From Alphaproteobacteria bacterium (GTDB lineage Bacteria > Pseudomonadota > Alphaproteobacteria > UBA7985): a stretch of 64,000 nucleotides of DNA. Position numbers and translations under genes: made by a program. Within the stretch, counting starts at the first letter, position 1, and every line of letters begins with the position of its first letter. Location: contig CBDDHH010000004.1 in the NCBI GenBank assembly GCA_965228345.1, forward strand, positions 663,133-727,132, given 5' to 3'. Of this stretch, positions 57,614 to 64,000 are shown in pieces. Under the pieces are notes generated by a model that did not search any database, was not told where the DNA came from, and saw nothing but the letters and a program-made list of their open reading frames with translations.

Positions 57614-58468
57614 TTGTTCAGATGCCTGTTGATCGGTCAATGGCATGGTCTAAGCGATCCGAAGCTGGAGCGAGCGCTCAAGGTCCGCCTGGACTTCATG
57701 ATGTTTTGCGGACTTGATTTGAACGCGTCTGTGCCCGATGAGACGACCCCTTGTCGTTTTCGCAACGCGCTGGTGAAGGGCAAGGTTTATGATGACTTGT
57801 TAGCCGAAGTCTGCCGCCAACTCGAAGGCCATGGTCTCAAACTCAAGCATGCAGAGGCTGCGATCATTGACGCCACACTGGTGGAAAGCGCTGCGCGTCC
57901 ACGCAGCTATATCGATGCTCCAAAGGACCGCGAGGAGGGCGAAGAAGCCGAGGCACAGGACGCTATGACCTATAGTGCCGATCCTGATGCGCGTTGGGTC
58001 AAGAAGGGGGCCAAAAGCACCTTGGGCTTCAAAGGATTTGCACGTTGTGATGAGGAGGGCTTTGTTGACCGTGTCCATACTACGCACGCCAATCGCGCAG
58101 AAAGCCCTGAATTTGAGACCATGGCACGCAATGCTAAAGCCGCACGCGTCTTGGCCGATAAGGCCTATGCCGCCAAAGCTAACCGTGCCTTTTTGAAGGG
58201 CAAACACCGCGATGGTATCATGCGAAAAGCTGTAAGAGGACGCCCGCTAAGGGCCTCAGAAAAGCGCTTCAACAAGCTGATCTCAAAGCGCCGCTTTCGC
58301 GTCGAACAGTGCTTTGGCACGATGAAGCGTCTGTTTAGCTTTGCTAGAGCACGATACTTCGGAACGGCCAAAACCCATGCCCAGTTCGTTATGGCCGCCA
58401 TCGCACAAAACCTCTTGAAGGCTGCCAACAAAATCGTCCTCAACCGCCAAATCTTGCAAATCACATAG
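57614..58468 (+). pseudogene. IS5-family (IS5-group, DDE_Tnp_1) transposase, N-terminally truncated
   Basis: ...LLIGQWHGLSDPKLE...RFRNALV...AAIIDATLVESAARPR...DARWVKKGAKSTLGFKGFARCDEEGFVDRVHTTHAN...ADKAYAAKANRAFL...RFRVEQCFGTMKRLFSFARARYFG matches IS5-group transposases. ~70 N-terminal residues missing, displaced by the IS3 insertion/rearrangement. Confidence 0.7.
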
Positions 58469-58693
58469 ACCAAGTCATTCAATCTTAGCGGAACGAACGG
58501 AATCTGGTCCATGAGGAGGCTTCCAATTCTCTGATCTGCAATTCTCGCCTCCAATTCAGCTCTCCAAACAGATCAATCTATGTAAGATTTGGCATCAAGA
58601 CCACAAATGCGCCTCCAATGAAGGGCTTGGGTAATCAGATATGCCTCTGGTTCGCACAAAAAATTGCTCTATCCCCTCATGCAGAGGTCTTTT

Positions 58694-58924
58694 ATACCAA
58701 CTCCGATAAAAATTGACACTTTATCGGAGTCTTGTCTCACGGCAGAAACGCCTCGCGTTTCGCCTCCCCTTCGCTTATACCCCGAGGCGCTTTCTTAGCT
58801 TGTCTCGGGGCCGCTGCGGGGACCGCAGTCGCGACCCTTATACCAACGATCAAAAGAGTGATTTTCAATCGCCGCTGGTATTGTACCAGCGAATATAGGA
58901 GTCACTTTTAATTGCCCCTGGTAT
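58694..58924 (+). mobile_element. MITE copy R13 (terminal hairpin duplicated in tandem)
   Basis: ATACCAACTCCGATAAAAATTGACACTTTATCGGAG...CGCCGCTGGTATTGTACCAGCGAATATAGGAGTCACTTTTAATTGCCCCTGGTAT. Confidence 0.8.
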
Positions 58925-59015
58925 CAGACAAGTGTTGCTCCAGGCCACCCTTGGTATTGAGCTCACAAAACGTCCGACCCAAACATGGACACCGCCGCGA
59001 ACCGCCATGCGTCTT

Positions 59016-59546
59016 TCACGCGCGTTTTGGCTTGACCTTGTTTCCCATCTGCAAGTTTCCGCAGATAACGCCGCCGCGCTCAAGCAGCAATTCGGCGGTA
59101 CTGATGTTCCCTGTAACACGGCCACTTGCGTGGATGATCAGCAGTCCACTAACGGCTAGATCGCCCTCATAGGTGCCAACGATCTCAGCGCTATCGACAG
59201 TTGCGGAGCCAGAAAAACTGCCATCTTTAAGTACCTCAAGGCTTTTGGCCGAATGCAGTTTCACATTTACAACTCCCTCGACAACCAAGCTCTCGCATGA
59301 TTTCAACTCGCCCGTTAGGCAAATGTCTCGACCGACATTGAGGCGCCCGCCGTCGCTTAGTTTAGGCGTCGGGGACTTCGGTTCGGGCTTCTGCGTGGTC
59401 TTGGCCGGCTCTGAAACACGTGGGCCCAAATTGTCCGCAGCCCGTCGCAGAGGCTGATGGACGGGCGCACGCGCCGCCTCGCGCACTTTCGCAGTAGCGG
59501 GGGGGGGCGGGGCACTAGGGCCGCGACGACTGGCTGAACTAAACAT
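59016..59546 (-). CDS. Bactofilin family protein with Pro-rich N-terminal region
   Basis: Beta-helical repeat region ...ICLTGELKSCESLVVEGVVNVKLHSAKSLEVLKDGSFSGSATVDSAEIVGTYEGDLAVSGLLIIHASGRVTGNISTAELLLERGGVICGNLQ typical of bactofilin (DUF583). Confidence 0.7.
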   Translation of the reverse strand: MFSSASRRGPSAPPPPATAKVREAARAPVHQPLRRAADNLGPRVSEPAKTTQKPEPKSPTPKLSDGGRLNVGRDICLTGELKSCESLVVEGVVNVKLHSAKSLEVLKDGSFSGSATVDSAEIVGTYEGDLAVSGLLIIHASGRVTGNISTAELLLERGGVICGNLQMGNKVKPKRA

Positions 59547-59747
59547 GCAATACCTCTAAGTCCGTCAACAGAACAGCGGAGCCAAGCCAATGGGAGTCCT
59601 CACGAAGAATGTCCGTAAATAAGGAAACTCCCAGCCAGATCGTTGTCCTTTGCTTTTGCCTAGTTTGAGTTCTCGGAGGAGTCTAAGTCTATTGCAAGAG
59701 ACCTCCTGCCAATTTTGATTTCAGTGGCTATTTGGCAACCCCGAGAG

Positions 59748-61186
59748 CAGTGTCCCGTGGAGTGGTGTAAGAGCGGGGAGGTTATCGGCGCCAGCTAGCT
59801 GACGGTGATGACCTCCTCGCTCCTGTCTAATCTGGCAGTGGCGGAGCTTTTGTTTAGGGTGTTTTTTGTAACCTACACCGCAAAGGAACTCCGACATGAC
59901 ACACGATCACATCGACACCCCCGCCACCGACCCTCGCTTAGAGCTTCTGGACCTTATTGAAAACCACGCATCGCACGATCTTCTAAGCGACATGCTGACC
60001 TTCGCTGCCTCGCAGCTCATGGAGATGGAGGTCAGTGCCAAGACGGGTGCCTATCTTGGCGAACGCCGCAGCAATGAACGCACCACCCACCGCAACGGCT
60101 ATCGATATCGCCCCTGGCAGACGCGGGCTGGCAGCCTGAACCTTGCCATCCCCAAGCTGCGCAAAGGAACCTACTTCCCCTCGTTCTTGGAGCCCCGCCG
60201 CCTTACCGAAAAAGCCCTGACCGCCGTCATTCAAGAGGCTTATATCAAGGGCGTCTCCACACGCGCCGTCGATAATCTCGTCCAGGCCTTGGGCGGCACA
60301 GGCATCTCCAAGAGCCAGGTATCGCGCCTATGCGAGGAGATTGATGAGCGGGTTCAGGCCTTCCTTAACCGACCCATTGAAGGCACCTGGCCCTACCTCT
60401 GGCTGGACGCGACCTACATCAAGGCGCGAGAGGGCGGACGCATCGTCTCCAAAGCCGCTATAGTCGCCATGGGCGTTAATGATCGCGGTGAACGCGCTAT
60501 CCTGGGCCTGGGCATTGGCCAGAGTGAGGCGGAGACCTTCTGGAAAGACTTCCTGCGCTCACTAGCTGATCGAGGCTTGCGCGGCGTCCAGCTCGTCATC
60601 GCCGATGACCATCGCGGCCTCACTGCGGCGGCGGATAAGGTGCTAAACGCTCCTCGCCAACGCTGCCGCGTCCATTGGATGCGCAACATGGGCGCTTATG
60701 TTGGCGTTAAGCATCGCCCCGTCGTCACGGCCATGATCAAAACCATCTTTGCGCAAGATGAGTTATCAGACGCTGAAGCTCAATGGAGCGTTGTTCAGGA
60801 TTCCTTTGCCAAGCAGTGGCCCAAGCTCGCCGCAGCAATGGAGGCTTCCCGCCATGAGGTGCTGGCCTATATGGCCTTCCCCAAGACACACTGGACCAAG
60901 CTGCACTCCACCAACCCCCTCGAACGCCTCAACAAGGAGATCAAGCGGCGGACCAAAACCGTGGAGATCTTCCCCAACGAGGCCGCCATCATACGCCTCG
61001 TCGGCGCGCTCTTAGCCGAGCAAAACGACGAATGGTGCGTGGCCAGAAACACCTATATCAAATGGCCCGAAAACGGCACCAACATCGAAAGAGAAAATAA
61101 GCCCGTGACAAACACACTCATCAGCGGTTAAACTAAACTAACCCGACCAAGGGCCGAACCGCTTACACCACTCGGCGGGACACTAT
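59748..61186 (+). mobile_element. IS256-family IS element (transposase CDS 59896..61131, ~24-bp imperfect IRs)
   Basis: 411-aa mutator-type transposase (…YLWLDATYIKAREGGRIVSKAAIVAMGVNDRGERAILGL…). IRs AGTGTCCCG(TG)GAGTGGTGTAAG / CTTACACCACTC(GG)CGGGACACT. ~1.44 kb. Confidence 0.85.
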
Positions 61187-61268
61187 CCCTGAAGATTTCG
61201 AACGCGGGCATAGGCGCAGCTTGGATGATATAGAGAATGCGCTTTAATTTGATTAAGGCGAATTCGCT

Positions 61269-61334
61269 ATATCCTTTATTGGCGCTTACTATATCCTTTA
61301 TTGGCGCTTACTATATCCTTTATTGGCGCTTAGC
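61269..61334. repeat. 3 tandem copies of a 22-bp unit ATATCCTTTATTGGCGCTTACT
   Basis: Direct tandem array seen in sequence. The third copy has 1-2 mismatches at its 3' end. Confidence 0.85.
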
Positions 61335-61338
61335 TTTT

Positions 61339-61366
61339 CGTCTTAAAATGTGATCATTTTAAGACG
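61339..61366. repeat. Perfect 12-bp-arm palindrome CGTCTTAAAATG-tgat-CATTTTAAGACG
   Basis: Seen in sequence, immediately after the tandem array. Confidence 0.85.
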
Positions 61367-61537
61367 GCTTGGCTGTACTGAAGGCTTGCTGAACTGGTCA
61401 GAGATTGAGGCGCTTCTATCGTCAATCTATGCCTCGCCCAAAGCTTGGCCTAGCGATCCACTTTTGAATGGGCGACTCAAAACAGCCGAAAAATTCGGTG
61501 AAGGGCTCAAAAACAGCAGGGCTTCGTGGCCCTATAC

Positions 61538-61938
61538 CAATTTTCATGAATGGTGACCCAATTTAACCCGAGTTCTGGATAAGACCATTATTTGGCGTTG
61601 GTGCGAACAGATAGATATCTATCTGTTCGCACCAACGCCCAAAATAGACTGGTGATAGATAGGCTCATGAGGGGTGGCTCGCGTTGTGATAGACAAAAGC
61701 CTAGAATCACAAATTGAACGATTTGTGAATCCCCCTCATCTCAGGTTCCTATCCAGAATCGGGGTAGTTTATGAAAATTCTCGGTCTCACGGCAGAAACG
61801 CGTTGCGTTTCGGCTTTTTTGGGGCGGTCTTTACTCGCTCGCTACGCTCGCTCAGCCTGACCGCGCGACGGGGCCTCCAACCTACGTCGCGGGCCTTATA
61901 CCAGGGCATAAAGAGTTATTCTTAAGGGAAATTGGTAT
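61538..61938 (+). mobile_element. Degenerate MITE copy R14 carrying a ~200-bp internal insert that includes a perfect 23-bp-arm palindrome (61594..61639)
   Basis: Left end ATACCAATTTTCATGAATGGTGACCCAAT (like R6). Right part TCTCACGGCAGAAACGCGTTGCGTTTCGGC...CTCGCTCGCTCAGCC...ATACCAGGGCATAAAGAGTTATTCTTAAGGGAAATTGGTAT (like R5). Internal GGCGTTGGTGCGAACAGATAGAT|ATCTATCTGTTCGCACCAACGCC. Confidence 0.6.
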
Positions 61939-62078
61939 GAGAGCCCAATCCGCCATACGGGAGTCGGCAAAAACTTCTTGGCATGCAGCATACCTTGCCT
62001 TAATTGTGCGTTTAACGCAAAAATAAAACCCAAATTTGGACCTTTTTTAGGGCGAGTTGGACGAGACGAGGGGGACCC

Positions 62079-63026
62079 TTGGATACTTTCTTTGGCATGC
62101 GCTTGTTCGCACAGACCGTTCAGTCTGGCTCGTTTTCTGAGGCAGGTCGTACCTTGGGAATGGCACCCAGCTCGGTTTCCCGCCAAATTTCTATGCTGGA
62201 GGATCGTCTAGGCGTCCGTTTGCTCAATCGGTCGACCCGCCAGTTGCACCTAACCGAGGCGGGTCAAATCTACTACGAGCGGACAACCAACATCTTGCAT
62301 GCGGTTGAGGACGCTAACTTGGCGGTCGCGGAACTGGAGTCGAAACCGCGCGGTCACTTGCGATTGAACATCCCCGTAACCTTTGGCCGTCGCCATATTG
62401 TGCCAGCCCTGTCGGGGTTCATGACGCTCTATCCTGAGGTTGAAATGGACGTCACTATGACCGATGCGATGATTAATGTCATTGAAGATGGGGCTGACTT
62501 GGTGGTGCGGATCGGCGAACTGAAAGACAGTTCGCTGATCGCCAAGAAACTTGCGCCCAACAATCGGGTTGTGTGCTGCTCACCAGACTATTTAGAGAAA
62601 CACAAGAAGCCACAGTCACCCAGGGATCTCACAGACCATCGCTGTCTCACCTATAGGCGCGCTGTCAATCCCGACATGTGGCACTTCGCCGATGCGGCGG
62701 GAAATGTCGAGCATGTTAAGATCAATGCAGCCTTTCACGTCAACAATGGTGAAGCCCTCTTGCCCCTTGCCCGCGATAGCCAGGGGCTGATCTTGCTCCC
62801 AACTTACGTGGTTGGCAACGATTTGCGGCGCGGCACCCTTGTGCCTGTTCTCACCGACTATCAGGCCAGCCCCATTAGCATCGACACAGGCATCTATGCG
62901 CTCTACCCGTCCAACCGTCACATGTCCCCCAAGGTGCGAGCTTTTGTTGACTATGTTTGCGGCCATTTTGGCACCCCGCCCTATTGGGATAACCTAAGTC
63001 CCGCAACAGACGCTGCTGAGGTCTAA
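62079..63026 (+). CDS. LysR family transcriptional regulator
   Basis: N-terminal HTH MRLFAQTVQSGSFSEAGRTLGMAPSSVSRQISMLEDRLGVRLLNRSTRQLHLTEAG plus LysR substrate-binding domain. Lower-GC DNA. Confidence 0.85.
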   Translation: MDTFFGMRLFAQTVQSGSFSEAGRTLGMAPSSVSRQISMLEDRLGVRLLNRSTRQLHLTEAGQIYYERTTNILHAVEDANLAVAELESKPRGHLRLNIPVTFGRRHIVPALSGFMTLYPEVEMDVTMTDAMINVIEDGADLVVRIGELKDSSLIAKKLAPNNRVVCCSPDYLEKHKKPQSPRDLTDHRCLTYRRAVNPDMWHFADAAGNVEHVKINAAFHVNNGEALLPLARDSQGLILLPTYVVGNDLRRGTLVPVLTDYQASPISIDTGIYALYPSNRHMSPKVRAFVDYVCGHFGTPPYWDNLSPATDAAEV

Positions 63027-63617
63027 ATGCGTCGCGACGGCGGGCAGGCGTGGCAACGCATGTTGTCGGGCCGTCGCCTCAATTTGCTCAATCCCAGCCC
63101 GTTCGATATCGAAATTGACGACATCGCCCAGGGCTTGTCAAAGGTTGCGCGCTGGAACGGCCAAACCCTCGGCGATAATGCCTTTTCCGTAGCGCAGCAT
63201 TCCTTGCTGGTGCTGACTTTGCTTGATCAAGAAAGCGGCCCCTATCCTGCCCCCGTTCGGCTAGGGGCATTGCTTCACGATGCCGCCGAATACGTGATCG
63301 GGGATTTGATCAGTCCGTTCAAACGCGCCCTCAATTTGGACTACAAGAATTTTGAGAATCAAATTTTGGCCGCAGTTCGTCAGCGTTTTGGCTTAAAGGC
63401 CTCCATGACACGCATGGAAGCGCGCGCCTTGAAACGGGCCGACTCACAGGCAGCATACCTGGAGGCGACCCAACTAGCAGGGTTTTCGCCCAAAGAAACC
63501 GCCGCGCTATTTCTACGTCCCAAGAGCGAAATTCACCTCACCCCGCTCACGCCCCCCGCCGCCAAGGCTGCATTCCTTGAGGCTTTTGAAGGTCTATGCC
63601 ACACCAGTTTTCCTTGA
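63027..63617 (+). CDS. HD-domain phosphohydrolase (YfbR-like 5'-deoxynucleotidase family)
   Basis: HSLLVL...LLHDAAEYVIGDLISP metal-binding H...HD motif. 196 aa. Start codon directly follows the LysR stop (TAAATG). Confidence 0.65.
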   Translation: MRRDGGQAWQRMLSGRRLNLLNPSPFDIEIDDIAQGLSKVARWNGQTLGDNAFSVAQHSLLVLTLLDQESGPYPAPVRLGALLHDAAEYVIGDLISPFKRALNLDYKNFENQILAAVRQRFGLKASMTRMEARALKRADSQAAYLEATQLAGFSPKETAALFLRPKSEIHLTPLTPPAAKAAFLEAFEGLCHTSFP

Positions 63618-63653
63618 GACTAACTCTTTTAAGACCTCTGCACGAGGGCCTAA

Positions 63654-63801
63654 TACCAGTTCTCTTTAAATAAGACTCCTTATGAACTGGTATAGGGCCG
63701 CGACTGCGACCCCCGTAGCGGCCCCGAGATCGGCGCGAAAGCGCCTCGGGGTATAAGCGAAGGCCCCGTCGGAGGCGAAACGCGATGCGTTTCTGCCGTG
63801 A
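63654..63801 (-). mobile_element. MITE copy R15 (3'-truncated)
   Basis: ATACCAGTTCTCTTTAAATAAGACTCCTTATGAACTGGTATAGGGCCGCGACTGCGACCCCCGTAGCGGCCCCGAG...GGCGAAACGCGATGCGTTTCTGCCGTGAG. Lacks the distal TIR. Confidence 0.7.
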
Positions 63802-64000
63802 GTATCCATGATAAATCAAGGGGCAATTTGTGACCATTTTCTGTTTTCCCGCAAGAGGGCATTTGCCAGCGTGATCAGCTTAGGCATCACGGCGATGAGG
63901 GCGACTTTTTTCGGCTTTCCGGCTTCGACAAGGCGGCTCTAAGAAATCCTTTAGGTCTTCATTGTATCGCATGGCGACCAAGGAAGGCATGTAGAGAGCA

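Larger units (their letters stand above)
55066..57614 (-). mobile_element. IS3-family element (25-bp IRs TGAACCGTCCCGGGTTTATCGGCGG), carrying a nested ISAs1 insertion
   Basis: Perfect inverted repeats at 55066..55090 and 57590..57614. orfA 57230..57565 (HTH/leucine zipper). orfB 56322..57233 with rve integrase core (HHSDRGSQYMS...YDNALAES). Confidence 0.8.

Noticed and set aside
61269-61334. Possible CRISPR array (tandem repeats)
   Set aside because: Only three directly abutting 22-bp units with no spacers. No cas genes in the window.
61350-61556. 68-aa ORF starting inside the 12-bp-arm palindrome
   Set aside because: No similarity recognised. The start lies within a hairpin. Region is non-coding-like (AT-rich, repeats).
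1166-63862. Many short ORFs with near-identical peptides (MSHGRNASRFAAPSLIPRGAF…, …GPLRGPQSRPLY…, …RRWY…), e.g. 1166..1396, 1523..1735, 13859..14044, 13903..14163, 31469..31705, 36344..36679, 44040..44250, 45151..45351, 58713..58898, 63680..63862
   Set aside because: They are translations of the GC-rich MITE copies on one or the other strand. Each is repeated at every MITE, there is no RBS, and the reading frames are not conserved between subvariants. I treat them as artefacts, not a gene family.

Overview
High-GC (~62%) chromosomal segment that looks alphaproteobacterial. It mixes conserved housekeeping genes with a dense load of mobile DNA.

Housekeeping genes: rplJ-rplL, pepA-like M17 peptidase, rluB, rsmD, rpmG, an S41 peptidase, rnr, topA, dprA, plsY, pyrC, pyrB, ruvX, gatC-gatA, folD, tgt, zapA with its upstream coiled-coil partner, mnmG and comM.

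Transport and metabolism modules:
- A TRAP transporter (DctP/DctQ/DctM) whose DctM carries an unusual ~300-aa C-terminal soluble extension.
- A second, orphan DctP-type binding protein immediately followed by a ThiM-ThiE fusion.
- A periplasmic (Tat signal) carotenoid-cleavage oxygenase next to a DUF2141 protein.
- An RpiR / Rieske oxygenase / ALDH operon divergent from a dimethylglycine-dehydrogenase-like enzyme plus a class III aminotransferase, likely for methylated amine or betaine catabolism.
- A single-domain response regulator, a small membrane protein and a sodium:solute-symporter-fused histidine kinase.

The standout feature is mobile DNA. At least 15 copies of a ~150-280-bp multi-hairpin MITE sit in intergenic regions and 3' gene ends. 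Its imperfect terminal inverted repeats (ATACCARCGGCGA...) and TA/TTA-type target sites match the termini of IS630-family remnants in the same window. The MITEs sit exactly on stop codons (rplL, folD, thiM-thiE) or supply new C-terminal codons (rsmD, the LysR at 34609, the HD hydrolase).

There is also an IS graveyard at 54.4-58.5 kb: ISAs1 nested inside an IS3 whose orfB carries an in-frame stop, which in turn sits between an IS427-like fragment and an IS5-group transposase fragment. Two truncated IS427-like copies, an intact-looking IS256, and a lower-GC islet carrying an Rrf2 regulator and a DDE_Tnp_4 transposase are present. No rRNA, tRNA or CRISPR array was recognised.

Coordinates I derived myself (MITEs, rpmG, DUF1127, small ORFs) may be off by a few bp.
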